Shown: positions 29,901 through 39,054 of the stretch, piece by piece
Numbering within the stretch: position 1 is the stretch's first letter
Layout of the letters: the number at the start of each line of letters is the position of its first letter
Source: an uncultured Oligoflexus sp.
GTDB lineage: Bacteria > Bdellovibrionota_B > Oligoflexia > Oligoflexales > Oligoflexaceae
DNA length: 64,000 nucleotides
Direction of reading: 5' to 3'
NCBI GenBank assembly: GCA_964236955.1
Contig: CAXSGP010000005.1
Coordinates: 1-64,000 of the forward strand
Program-made: the position numbers and the translations under genes
Notes under the pieces: generated by a model
The model's database searches: none
Told to the model about the DNA's origin: nothing
What the model saw: only the letters and a program-made list of their open reading frames with translations

Positions 29901-30049
29901 CTTTTACCGAATGGACACGAAAGACCTATGAGAAGATGGTGGAGCTGCACCCGCAAAAATATCCGATCATTGGCGAGAAATCGACGTCTCCGACCTACAT
30001 GTCTCATCTGATGATCTGGGATAAATCTGTCGCTGACTTAGCCGACTAA
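26936..30049 (+). CDS. GltD/AgmU-like large TPR gliding-motility protein
   Basis: 1037 aa, signal peptide, many TPRs (LGEFYF, YKLGWAYYN, ALYNA, ALFNAA), C-terminal APAP...YR...AFP. Confidence 0.8.
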   Translation: MLNREIVKTLCSLALLATLSLHAEAATKKTSTAAAQAPKKEDMSAYFSENRQGISPEKLREADSLRVQTIVSIQKLLGDPAMNGSRKFELYLRLGEIYAERSEYLRDVEMKEWETSYDKWKVAKKGSEPQLTTKNSKAELLKSTEAFRRLVREFPQHPRTDAALYALAKTLLLLDNDNAVLYFNQLVENHKASPLLPDTYLALGEFYFYKQNMEKAKDNYKEAMNFKESKVYPFSVYKLGWAYYNSKAGNDKDAMENINRSIAAFKLAIKISERDKESPGNFNLRQEAINDLIMVFAETERIDEAMDYFSHLGEKEAFYDMLEKLGGIYDENGEVAKAIDVYSRLLAESPNRPRNPEIHSKLAKLYDTSLQVPAVVETLKKMRTLYVDPSSKWVAANAQNKVLLTESSEKTQKNIHRYAAMYHQQGQKLKKKHYFDAAAELYRLYLATFPKADEAYELRYYLADIYFYFEQYENAADEYYKVTQQRPKDGKYLKDAALAAVVAIRKIDEATTYQKLPPPGQVSQAIPLPRVKIKLVTMIDNYTKLLPTEKEGFPMRYTAATTYFDYGNYTVAMGRFDQMAFDIPETTQGQSSIKAVLAFNAERKDWENLVKVGRKYNDNAKIMATPVKVEVVKAMKVGVFQFAGQQNKEGKFFEAAKTFESFQQQFPKDELADKALYNASLNYYKVAKVEEALAAGNKLLKEYPKSDLAADVTLDMAQTSESLADFPTAARLYKDYGINHTKEAKSKNALFNAATLYKGLNNSVEASQLYKKFIQLYPKDELAKTSRLEIAQIAEKEKNYPEAISYYSQYAALWPDRSEGNLVARSRSARILLIQGNQKEASKEIIRLHKDLTAKNAPAATEARRVAAGALFNDLENSFRGFQAVKITDAKRIEKEAGQKQEKLVDLVKRYQEVIDLGSGEFTVASLYRMGEMHGNFAKMLFDAPAPAGQSQAQIDEYRSSIEKVAFPLRDESNKFFETAFQRSQEVQTFTEWTRKTYEKMVELHPQKYPIIGEKSTSPTYMSHLMIWDKSVADLAD

Positions 30050-30070
30050 GCCAAGAAAGAGGAAACAAGC

Positions 30071-31297
30071 ATGAAAAAAATATCGATAACAATTGCATCA
30101 GGACTCGTTAGCCTTTGGTTGCTTGGCGGCTGTGCAACGACCGGCCAGGTGACGCGCATCGACAAAGAAAAACGCCGCTTCGAATTGCAAAGCCAGGATG
30201 ATGGCAAGTCGGCCATGGTCGCCAATGAAGACAGCATGACCAAGAATTTGATTGCGAAACTAGAAGTTCGCATCAAAGACAATCCTCGTGATCTTGATGC
30301 CATGATCAACCTCGCCCAGGCGCAGCTTGCCTCGGCTCGCTTTGACAAGGCCGAGAACGCCGTAAGGGATGCGTTGAAGGTGGATCTTAAGAATGAGCCG
30401 GCCCGTAAAATCCTGGCTCAAATCTATTATCGTCGTGGCAATCTAGAGATGGCCCAGATCATCCTCAATGGCTTGGACGCAATCAACTCCAAGGATAGTC
30501 AGGTGCTCAACCTCCTTGGAATGATCGCTCTGCGCCAGGACAAGCCTGAATTCGCACTCCTCGCCTTCCAGGAAGCTCTCAAGCACAATCCTAGCGACAT
30601 TGCGGTTCGCATGAACCTCGGCGTGCTCTATGTCCATTATCGGCAGCTCGGTCTAGCCTCTATCGAATTTGAACGCATTCTTAAAATCATGCCTGAGCAT
30701 CCCGATGCCAGCCTGAACATGGCCATCATAGAGTCGAGTCGCGGCAACCTTGATAAGGCCGAGCTTCTTAACAAAAAGATCCTGAGCGTTTCCAAAAGCA
30801 ATCCGATCGCGATCTACAACATGGCGATCATCGAAGAGAAACGAAAGAACTTCGATAAAGCCCTTGAGTATGTAAAAGCCTACCTGGACTTGGATTATGC
30901 GAAAAAGCGCAACAACCAGGAAGCCTTTGCCTTGATCGACAAGATACGCGGCGAAAAAGAGGCCATGGGCGAACGCGTCTCTGACAAGGACATCATGTCG
31001 CTTGCGGCGAAAGCCCAAAAAGGCAGAATCGACCGAACCGGCGACGACAAAGAATTCGTTGATGCGGAACCTCGCCTCCGTCAGGAGGCTGAAGCACAAA
31101 AGACAAGTACAAAAGCTGCAGTCGATGCGCCCAAGGAAACGGTGCAAAGCGAATCAGCGGCGAAGGCAACTACGCCCAAGGTTACCCCACCGCGGGATGC
31201 GGTTGAGGCGAAGCCGGCAAAAGCAGCGGAACCTAAGAAGAAAAATTACAAAAACGATGCCGAAGAAATCGATGATCTGGAAAAGCAACTTCAATAA
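30071..31297 (+). CDS. GltE/AglT-like TPR lipoprotein
   Basis: Lipobox LGG-C; TPRs (NLLG, NLGVLY, AIYNMA); low-complexity tail. Confidence 0.75.
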   Translation: MKKISITIASGLVSLWLLGGCATTGQVTRIDKEKRRFELQSQDDGKSAMVANEDSMTKNLIAKLEVRIKDNPRDLDAMINLAQAQLASARFDKAENAVRDALKVDLKNEPARKILAQIYYRRGNLEMAQIILNGLDAINSKDSQVLNLLGMIALRQDKPEFALLAFQEALKHNPSDIAVRMNLGVLYVHYRQLGLASIEFERILKIMPEHPDASLNMAIIESSRGNLDKAELLNKKILSVSKSNPIAIYNMAIIEEKRKNFDKALEYVKAYLDLDYAKKRNNQEAFALIDKIRGEKEAMGERVSDKDIMSLAAKAQKGRIDRTGDDKEFVDAEPRLRQEAEAQKTSTKAAVDAPKETVQSESAAKATTPKVTPPRDAVEAKPAKAAEPKKKNYKNDAEEIDDLEKQLQ

Positions 31298-31312
31298 GAT
31301 AGAGGCCTTGCC

Positions 31313-31573
31313 ATGAAACTATTCTTGATAATCGCCTTGCTAGTGTTAGCTTGGGTTGAGGCCCCTCCAGCATCCTCTGCCGAGAAAGCCGAGGCGCTGC
31401 ACACGACGATGGACTTTGATTCCACTATGATAGACGGCAAGATGAAGGCCCCATCGGGCTTTTTCCTGCAAGGGCGAAACAAACAAAGCCTTACCAACTT
31501 GGTAAAGCTCCGTTCCAACTTTAACCCGCAGCTGAAGGATTCAAAAGCTGCCGTGAAATCGCTCGTGAAATAG
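31313..31573 (+). CDS. GltF/CglF-like small secreted gliding protein
   Basis: Signal peptide; TMDFD...IDG....P, LVKLRSNF motif; position after a gltE-like gene. Confidence 0.78.
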   Translation: MKLFLIIALLVLAWVEAPPASSAEKAEALHTTMDFDSTMIDGKMKAPSGFFLQGRNKQSLTNLVKLRSNFNPQLKDSKAAVKSLVK

Positions 31574-31600
31574 TCTCTGGCGAGAGCTGGATGATAGAAC

Positions 31601-31632
31601 CGGGGCCTTCGCTTCATGCGGAGGCCCCGTTT
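31601..31632. terminator. Terminator between convergent glt and hut genes
   Basis: CGGGGCCTTCGC-ttcat-GCGGAGGCCCCG. Confidence 0.7.
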
Positions 31633-31656
31633 GCTATCGACATCAGGATTCCAGGC

Positions 31657-33045
31657 CTATAGGCTATTCAATCCTCTCATCAGTCGATGCAGAGCCTTTG
31701 CATAAGCGACCTGATTGTTGTCCCGGTTCAGATGTCGACCTTTTTCGACCTGCAGCTTGCCTTTGCTGAAGACAGCCTTGACCATATTAGCTTCGGGCGC
31801 AAAGACAAGGATGGAGAGGAGACTTTCCAGTGGCCGTTCCAGGATGCGGTCATGGTAAGGGTCGATTAAAAGCCCTTCAAAATAAGAACCTTTATGAAAA
31901 CTTCCCGTCTCATGGCCTAGCGCCTTGCGACCACCGTTCAAGACCATGTCGTAAAGAATCGCACCCGAATCGAGCTGCCCTTCCCGACAAAAGACGTTGC
32001 GCTTTCGGTCGAGAAACCTTTGCGTCAACTCAGGCATCTGCATTTCGCGGAAGGGATTGAGATTCATGTGGGAGTCGGAGCCTATGCACCACGAACCGCC
32101 GCTTTTCTGATAGTCGAGGATGGGAAAAATCCCGTCTCCCAGATTGGCTTCGGTGGACGGACAAAGCACAACTGTCGCTCCGGATTTCACAAGTTTCTGG
32201 CTCTCTTCCGGCGAGATGTGGGTGGCGTGCACGAGGTTGTGATGGACGCTCAGGGGGACATTATCGTAGAGCCAATCGATAGGTCTAACGCCATAGGCCT
32301 CAACGAAGGCCCTCACGTCTTCGGTTTGCTCAGAGGCATGAAGGTGCGCGGGCCCTTTGGTCCAGGCTCCGCTCAGGATCGTCTTGATATCATCGAGAGG
32401 CGCGGCTCGCAGCGAATGCACGCCATAACCCACGATCACATCCGGATAATTCGCCTTGGCGACGCTAACAGTTTGTTCAATAAAAGACAGATAGATATCG
32501 CTAGCCTTAAAATGAAAACGCCTCTGCTGGGGCTTGATGGGGACGTTTGGTGCCGCCTGGTTATAATAGACGGGAATCAGAGTGAGGAGGATTCCAGCCT
32601 GTTCCGCTGCTTCCATGATGACTTCCGCAACCTGGGTAGGGCGCGGATGAGCCTTGCCGGATTGTTCATGATGAAGATAATGGAACTCGGCAACCGATGT
32701 GTAACCCTGCTCCAATAGATTCATATAAAGTTGGGTCGTCACGGCCAGCAGTTCGTCGAGTTGAATATCATTGGCGAGTTGATACATCTGCTCACGCCAA
32801 AACCAAAAGTCGTCGTGCTCACGGCCGGGCACCATGCGCTCCGATAAGCCTGACATCACATACTGAAAGGAATGGGAATGGCCGTTGGGAATACCTGGCA
32901 TCAGGTAAACATCATAATCTTCGGCGGGCCCATTGATTTCTGCTGCGCTCGTCCTGACGATCTTACCCGCTGCATCAAGCTGAATAGCAAAAGGACTCTG
33001 CCAACGACCATTCCAATAGGCCGCTTTAAATTTGAGCCATTTCAT
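31657..33045 (-). CDS. hutF: Formimidoylglutamate deiminase
   Basis: HSHSFQ, FWFWREQMY, VAEFHYLHH, HSLRA, CPSTEANLGDGIF, GSDSH. Confidence 0.95.
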   Translation of the reverse strand: MKWLKFKAAYWNGRWQSPFAIQLDAAGKIVRTSAAEINGPAEDYDVYLMPGIPNGHSHSFQYVMSGLSERMVPGREHDDFWFWREQMYQLANDIQLDELLAVTTQLYMNLLEQGYTSVAEFHYLHHEQSGKAHPRPTQVAEVIMEAAEQAGILLTLIPVYYNQAAPNVPIKPQQRRFHFKASDIYLSFIEQTVSVAKANYPDVIVGYGVHSLRAAPLDDIKTILSGAWTKGPAHLHASEQTEDVRAFVEAYGVRPIDWLYDNVPLSVHHNLVHATHISPEESQKLVKSGATVVLCPSTEANLGDGIFPILDYQKSGGSWCIGSDSHMNLNPFREMQMPELTQRFLDRKRNVFCREGQLDSGAILYDMVLNGGRKALGHETGSFHKGSYFEGLLIDPYHDRILERPLESLLSILVFAPEANMVKAVFSKGKLQVEKGRHLNRDNNQVAYAKALHRLMRGLNSL

Positions 33046-33842
33046 AGATTTGCCATCCCTTCGGCCAAGGCTTTAAGAGTTGTTGCGAGGAGCGGCTTAA
33101 GTATTTTGGCCTTGATGGGATCGAGCATTCCATCGGTCATATAGATATCCTGTGACATCTCAAGCTGCATGGCATGGACATAAGGTGTTGAGCGTCCATG
33201 AAAGCGGGTGATCTGCCCGCCTTTAAACGGAGCGTTGTAGGCTACGGTAAACGCCGATTGGCGAAGGCTTTGCAAGGCGATGCCCACGAGAGCAGGCGCT
33301 GCCGTTTGTCCATCACGATCCCCTAACATCAAATCAGGAAAAGGATCCGCCTGGATCGACTGGACCCGTCGTTTGATGGAATGGGCATCCCAAAGTAAAA
33401 CCCGTCCAAATTTTTGCACGGCACGATCGATCTGCCGGTGCAGCTCTTCATAGTAGGGGCGATAGTAGAGCTCGATACGCTTTTGGCGTTCGCTCTCGTC
33501 GATCTGATAGCCCTCCCGGTAAAGTGGAATGCCATCGAAACTTGTCGAGGGGATAAACTCGGTCTGCCGTCGACTGTCAGCATAAAGCGAAGGGCCTTCT
33601 ACCGGACGGTTCAGGTCGATGACGTAACGGCTATAGCGGGCCTTGATCAACACCGCGCCGAGCGATGGCGCGAAGTCATAGAGTTGGTCGACGAACCAAT
33701 CGGTGTCAGGCAATTGCAGGGCCATGTCGGGATTCAATTGTTCTTTTACGTGGAGGGGAAGTTCGGTGCCCACATGCGGAGCACTGATTATAATGGGAAT
33801 GTGGCTTTGGCCAGAGGCAAAGGTTTCGTAGGGAATGAGCAT
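33042..33842 (-). CDS. hutG: N-formylglutamate deformylase
   Basis: PHVGT, DTDWFVDQLY, SRYVIDLNR, WDAHSI, PFKGGQITR, HAMQLE. Confidence 0.95.
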   Translation of the reverse strand: MLIPYETFASGQSHIPIIISAPHVGTELPLHVKEQLNPDMALQLPDTDWFVDQLYDFAPSLGAVLIKARYSRYVIDLNRPVEGPSLYADSRRQTEFIPSTSFDGIPLYREGYQIDESERQKRIELYYRPYYEELHRQIDRAVQKFGRVLLWDAHSIKRRVQSIQADPFPDLMLGDRDGQTAAPALVGIALQSLRQSAFTVAYNAPFKGGQITRFHGRSTPYVHAMQLEMSQDIYMTDGMLDPIKAKILKPLLATTLKALAEGMANL

Positions 33843-34061
33843 GGGTTAACCTCTCCACAGACAGTCAAATCCTGTCACTATCTTAGTGTCTGCCGGGAAA
33901 AGGCGATGGCTGCGTTTCGTCGGCAGAAAAAAATGCTCATTTATGGGGAATAAACACCGCTTTTTGTCTGCCTCGCGCCTTGCCATCCCCAGTTCCGGAC
34001 CGACACTATCTTAGCGAAGAGGTCATAACAAGGCGAAACAATTTACCGGCCTGAGACCGCT

Positions 34062-34451
34062 TCACATGGGAATTGTCATGTTATTTTCAAGTTCTACCTT
34101 GGATAGGTCAAAGGCCGACTGAATATCGGTCAGGAGCTTTGGCAAAGGATCCAGAGTACCCGCGCGACTCAAAGTTTCAAGCGTCTCCGCCAACTTCATA
34201 AGCCGAACGGCTCCCAAATTACCAGCCGTGCCCTTCAAAGTATGAGCACTTTTCGAAACGGCTGTGGGATCCCCCTCGCCGACTCCCTCAAGCATCTCCT
34301 TGATTAAAACAGGAACACGACTAAAAAAAAGCTCGACCAGATCCTTGAAGAAGCCATCCGCATCTCCAGGCTCCGCGAGCTCTTTCACAGCGTCTAATTT
34401 GTCATGATCGATCAGTGGGACCTGGTCTGCCGAAATGTCGACACCTATCAT
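34062..34451 (-). CDS. Stand-alone Hpt (histidine phosphotransfer) protein
   Basis: AHTLKGTAGNLGA. Confidence 0.9.
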   Translation of the reverse strand: MIGVDISADQVPLIDHDKLDAVKELAEPGDADGFFKDLVELFFSRVPVLIKEMLEGVGEGDPTAVSKSAHTLKGTAGNLGAVRLMKLAETLETLSRAGTLDPLPKLLTDIQSAFDLSKVELENNMTIPM

Positions 34452-34469
34452 GATCCCTCCATTTACAAT

Positions 34470-35189
34470 TTAAGATGCAACATTTAAAGCTTGGTACTCT
34501 TCGCCAAGATCTTTCAAATAGAATCCTACACCGTATTTAGTCTCAATCACAACTGCACTTGATACATCACGCAGGAGCTGACGAACGGCATGCAGTTTAC
34601 GATGCAGAGCATTGTCTGTCACTTTGATCTGGCCCCAGCAGCGCATCTTTAGACCATCCTTTTCGACGATGGAACCTTCGGTGTTGGCCAAGCATGCAAG
34701 AAGATTGACTTCAATCGGAGATGCAAAGCGTTTTCCCAAAGGTCCTTCGACCGTGCGATGCGCGGAGTCAATTGTGATGTCACCGAAAACGACAACTTCC
34801 TTGGCTGCTTTTTGAGCAGCATCATTGATTCTCAATTTAAATCTAGCATTTACTTCATCGGGGATAAGAGGCTTACGGATGAAATCGTCGGCTCCGGAGT
34901 TTAGGGCACGCACAATGGTTATCTCTGTTGGAGTGTCGGTGACGACCATTATAGGGCAAAAGGGCCATGCCTGACGGATGTTGGGGATAATGTCCAAACC
35001 GGATTTATTGCCGGCAAAATCGATGTCTACAAACACCGCGATGGGGTGTAGCTCCTCGAGACGGGCCATAAGCTCCTCAGAGGTCCTAATACCCACCGTA
35101 CGGATTTTAGTGGAGCGTTCTATAATCTGATGAACCAACTGATCGTCATCGAGGGTGACAGTGTAGGCATCGCCGGGAAGACCTTTCAT
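34470..35189 (-). CDS. OmpR-family response regulator
   Basis: Receiver LDDD, FVD, GADDFIRKP; winged helix ending IETKYGVGF. Confidence 0.9.
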   Translation of the reverse strand: MKGLPGDAYTVTLDDDQLVHQIIERSTKIRTVGIRTSEELMARLEELHPIAVFVDIDFAGNKSGLDIIPNIRQAWPFCPIMVVTDTPTEITIVRALNSGADDFIRKPLIPDEVNARFKLRINDAAQKAAKEVVVFGDITIDSAHRTVEGPLGKRFASPIEVNLLACLANTEGSIVEKDGLKMRCWGQIKVTDNALHRKLHAVRQLLRDVSSAVVIETKYGVGFYLKDLGEEYQALNVAS

Positions 35190-35437
35190 GATCGAATCCT
35201 TACTAAGACGTTAAAAATCAAGCTAAACTCTAGATCGGTGAAAGCCCGGCAATTTTTAACCGGAGGCAGAACTTTCTTGCCTGCCTCAGCCAATTTTTAA
35301 CTTAAGCTCTAAGAATTATTCATTATTAATAGTTGAGAAAAATTGCATCTGTAAGCTTTGACAAGGCAATTCCCACCTAGCAAATAAATTGAGCCCAGGC
35401 ATTACCCATTTTATTCAATGATATCAATCATATAATC

Positions 35438-35450
35438 TAATATCTTGATT
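35438..35450 (-). promoter_or_regulatory. IHF consensus site
   Basis: Minus strand AATCAAgataTTA matches WATCAAN4TTR, 40 nt upstream of a sigma54 motif. Confidence 0.55.
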
Positions 35451-35489
35451 TCATAGAACTAAAAGCAAAAAAAACATTGTATATCAATT

Positions 35490-35506
35490 AGGCATAGCTG
35501 TTGCAT
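35490..35506 (+). promoter_or_regulatory. Candidate sigma54 promoter
   Basis: AGGCATAgctgTTGCAT (GG-N10-GC), 60 nt before the matrixin ATG. Confidence 0.65.
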
Positions 35507-35566
35507 AAGCATGAGCAGTTGCTCCCCCCTGTTGCTGTTGTTCCAAGCTGTTGTTGAGGTTCCTCC

Positions 35567-36175
35567 ATGCTGACCCGTTTGTGCCGTGCCGCTGCTGTCA
35601 TGTCCCTGTTTTCCCTCATTGCCTGTAAGGAGTACAAAGTAAGCGAAATCAAAGATTTTAGACTTTATGTGAATAGCGACAACGCTGAACTCAAATCAGC
35701 AATCATTGAACTCACTGAACAATACAATAATGATGTCGGCGCTCAGGCATTGACAGTTGTCGAAGACAAAGACGACTCAAATTCGAACATCAACTTTGTA
35801 GACCATCTTACCGATTCCGAAGGTTCCAAATTGGGTCTTGGTCAGTGGATCACCACTGAAAAATCCAAGAATAATGTCGGTAGCTACGGAGCGGAAAGAC
35901 AGGTTACTGTGATCCACTCAATGTCTTTGGAATTCGATGCCGAAAACTTTGCAAAAAAATTGCAAGGCATGACTGATCAATCTTCAGATGAATACAAACA
36001 TCTCTATCACTTGTTCTGTCATGAGGTTGGCCACGGTATGCAGCTTGATCATAGCAATGACAAATCAAGCGTCATGTACAAAAGCATTCCTGACCACTAT
36101 TCACGCGAAATCGATTTTAATGGCTATTTTGCTTACATCCGTCGCTACCTGAACCTTGATGGTTCAGCACATTGA
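35567..36175 (+). CDS. Small matrixin-like zinc metalloprotease lipoprotein
   Basis: Lipobox LIA-C; HEVGHGMQLDH and SVMY Met-turn. Confidence 0.88.
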   Translation: MLTRLCRAAAVMSLFSLIACKEYKVSEIKDFRLYVNSDNAELKSAIIELTEQYNNDVGAQALTVVEDKDDSNSNINFVDHLTDSEGSKLGLGQWITTEKSKNNVGSYGAERQVTVIHSMSLEFDAENFAKKLQGMTDQSSDEYKHLYHLFCHEVGHGMQLDHSNDKSSVMYKSIPDHYSREIDFNGYFAYIRRYLNLDGSAH

Positions 36176-36217
36176 TCTAAAACTGTGTTTCTTTCAGGCC
36201 TTAGAAGAACGCCTAGT

Positions 36218-37630
36218 CTAATAGGCGTTCTTTCCCCTTACCACCTCGTCGATCGTCATAAACAAAATCTTAATATCAAGCCACAGCGACCAATTCTGAA
36301 TATAGAAAAGATCACATTCAATTCTTTTTTCTATACTCGTGCTGCCGCGCCAGCCATTGACCTGAGCCCAGCCCGTCATACCCGTCTTTACCTTATGCCT
36401 GAGCATATAGCCGGAAATCTCCTGGCGAAACTGCTTGACGAAGACCGGACGTTCCGGTCGCGGTCCAACCAACGACATTTCGCCCATCAACACATTTATA
36501 AATTGTGGCAGCTCATCGAGACTCGTCCGGCGCAGTAGATTGCCCAGGGGCGTCGCCCGGTTGTCGCCGGCCTGAGCCCAAATAGCCCCGGTATGCAGCT
36601 CGGCATCGACCGGCATGGAACGAAATTTCAAGCATTGAAAAGAAGATCCATCAAGACCCATACGTTCCTGCTTATAGAAAATGGGCCCCTTCGAGCTCAG
36701 CTTGATGAGGACCGCAACGATCAGCATGAGAGGGCTGAACAGAATGAGCGCGACAAGGGCTCCAAACATATCCATCAGTCGTTTCGCAAGAAGGTTTGAT
36801 CCTGTCAAAGGGCTTTCATGCACACTGATAAGCGGAATGCCTTCGATCAATTCAATCCCCGGGTTGAGCTTGGTAAAGCGCGCGATATCGGGAAGGACTT
36901 TGATCTCCGGGACCTGGTGGGAAATCTTCTCGAGGTTTATGTCGATAAAATTTGTATAGCTTTGAGGCAGAGCAATCAATAAGGATTGAGTGGGACGCTC
37001 AAGGAAAAACTGGGTCCAATTGCTTGGCTCGGCAATGCACTCAAGACCACGTTCGCGGGCCAACACCTCGTCCTGGGATTTATCATCGGTGCCCGGCAGC
37101 ACAATCACGGGCCGGACCGTCGGATCCATTCCCCGCAGTAAGGTGAGCACCTGTAAAAGTCCATAACCCCTGGCGATAACCAGCAGCTGTCTTGGATCCT
37201 GCTTATTTTGATACCAACGGTGGCAGAGCCTGATGAAATATCGTCCAGCTAAAATGCATAGCGGCTGAAGAGCCCCAAATAAGACGAGCGTGAGGCGCGA
37301 GTAACGATACTCTTCATAGAAGTAACTGAAGGTGATCAGCATCACCAGGGCGACGGTAGCGGTCGGAATCAGATCGAAAGCCTCAAGAATCGGGCTGGAG
37401 TGCCGGCCCGATCGTTTCATGAGTCCTGTCGTCAAGGCGCTAAATATCCAAATTACCAGCACAAAGGGGATAATTTTTATATATAGCCCGACCGGTGGCA
37501 CGCCACGCGGCACCTCGAGGCTTGTGTGAAAGCGCAGGACATAGGCCAGGCACCACGCAAACGCTGCCATGACCATGTCAGAAGCCGTTATCATGACCGA
37601 TAGGGACTGAGAGTGTCTATGGTAAATCAC
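36218..37630 (-). CDS. Undecaprenyl-phosphate glucose phosphotransferase (WcaJ-like)
   Basis: Four N-terminal TMs; [42 protein letters not shown]. Confidence 0.95.
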   Translation of the reverse strand: MIYHRHSQSLSVMITASDMVMAAFAWCLAYVLRFHTSLEVPRGVPPVGLYIKIIPFVLVIWIFSALTTGLMKRSGRHSSPILEAFDLIPTATVALVMLITFSYFYEEYRYSRLTLVLFGALQPLCILAGRYFIRLCHRWYQNKQDPRQLLVIARGYGLLQVLTLLRGMDPTVRPVIVLPGTDDKSQDEVLARERGLECIAEPSNWTQFFLERPTQSLLIALPQSYTNFIDINLEKISHQVPEIKVLPDIARFTKLNPGIELIEGIPLISVHESPLTGSNLLAKRLMDMFGALVALILFSPLMLIVAVLIKLSSKGPIFYKQERMGLDGSSFQCLKFRSMPVDAELHTGAIWAQAGDNRATPLGNLLRRTSLDELPQFINVLMGEMSLVGPRPERPVFVKQFRQEISGYMLRHKVKTGMTGWAQVNGWRGSTSIEKRIECDLFYIQNWSLWLDIKILFMTIDEVVRGKNAY

Positions 37631-38721
37631 TTTAATCCTTCCAAAGCATTCAGCTCTTGACGAATCTTTTCTAGAAAAGAAGTTTTGGAAAAACCCTTCG
37701 CAAATGTTTCGAGCTCACTTGAGTCAAAACGCATGCTTTCAAAACGAAGGATCGCCGCCATCAAAGACTCAGCCTTTGCCTCTTCAAAGAAGGTACCGGT
37801 CCGACCCTCTTCAACAAAGTCAAGGGCTCCACCCGCCTTAAAAGCGATCAAGGGGGTATTGGCGGCAAGCGCTTCTATCGCGGTTATTCCGAAATCTTCG
37901 ACCCCGGGAAAGAGCAAAGCCTTAGCACCTTGAAATAACTTCACCCATTCCTCTGCATTCGGCTTAATGACAAATTCCGTATGCTTTCCCGCAAATTTTC
38001 TCAACCTTTTTTCATCAGGTCCGGACCCAATGACTTTAAGTGGCTCGCCGAGGCGCTCACAGGCCTCTATCGCTAAATCAAATCTTTTGTAGGAAACAAA
38101 GGCACCGGCGACGAGAAAATAGTCTTTTTTAATGGGTGGAGGAATGTGGAGAAAAAAGCGTTCCAGGTCCACAGGCGGATGAATAACCTTGGAATCTCGC
38201 CGGTAATAACGCGTGATTCGTTTGGATACGAAAGAACTGTTGGCAATAAAACAATCGACGCCATGATTGGACGAGACATCCCAAATTCTAAGACGCTGAC
38301 TTAGAAGGTGAATCAAAAAATCTTTCAGGGAAAAGCTAGAATTTCTGTCTAAATAATGCTGCCTTTGATCCCATATATAGCGCATCGGGGAATGCATATA
38401 GCAGAGGTGCCGGGCATAGGGACCGATCAACACGCCCTTCGCAACACAAGAACTCGTGCTTATGACTAGATCATAGCCTTCGAGCGGGAGTGATTCAATC
38501 GCGGCGGGCAGCAGCGGAAGCAAAGCTTTCCGCAGTGGCTTCAGATGATTAAGCCACTTCGGAACGTGGACAGTGCGCTGCCGGATGCTCGCCGGCATGT
38601 GGGAGGGTGAATAGAATAGCGTATAAATGGGAGCATCCGGATAGAGTTCCAGGAGAGCCTCCAGCACTTTCTCACCGCCTCGATATGTCACTAGCCAATC
38701 ATGAACGTATGCTACGCGCAC
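37627..38721 (-). CDS. GT4 glycosyltransferase
   Basis: HDWL...GGEKVL, HSPMRYIWD, EDFGITAIEA. Confidence 0.93.
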   Translation of the reverse strand: MRVAYVHDWLVTYRGGEKVLEALLELYPDAPIYTLFYSPSHMPASIRQRTVHVPKWLNHLKPLRKALLPLLPAAIESLPLEGYDLVISTSSCVAKGVLIGPYARHLCYMHSPMRYIWDQRQHYLDRNSSFSLKDFLIHLLSQRLRIWDVSSNHGVDCFIANSSFVSKRITRYYRRDSKVIHPPVDLERFFLHIPPPIKKDYFLVAGAFVSYKRFDLAIEACERLGEPLKVIGSGPDEKRLRKFAGKHTEFVIKPNAEEWVKLFQGAKALLFPGVEDFGITAIEALAANTPLIAFKAGGALDFVEEGRTGTFFEEAKAESLMAAILRFESMRFDSSELETFAKGFSKTSFLEKIRQELNALEGLK

Positions 38722-39054
38722 GAATGCCCTCCTTGTAAACTTGAGAAGAACATAAAATTATGCGCTTCGACTCTGAAAAACTCAGTAAAAAAACAACGTC
38801 CCATCCGTATGATACGTCTCTTCCCGAAAAAAACTCAGCCCATCAGAAAGGCGGGGCACCTTGCGGTTTATCTTAAGCGTCTGTTAAGATAATTAATGAA
38901 GACCACGAGCAATCAGCGTTTCAAGACTCCACGGGTAGCCAGCACGAGTGGCTCTCGCCAATAGTTCTGTGAGCCATGTGTTTATCCCAGCATCTTAGAA
39001 TCCGCTCTGAAGACACCCCGTCTAATAGAGAACTGAGGAGGCGACGACTTCTCC

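Noticed and set aside
26972..31147. Long antisense ORFs (up to 264 aa) within the gliding cluster; similar ones over suf, ptrB and the FadF-like gene
   Set aside because: Shadow frames caused by codon bias of the sense genes
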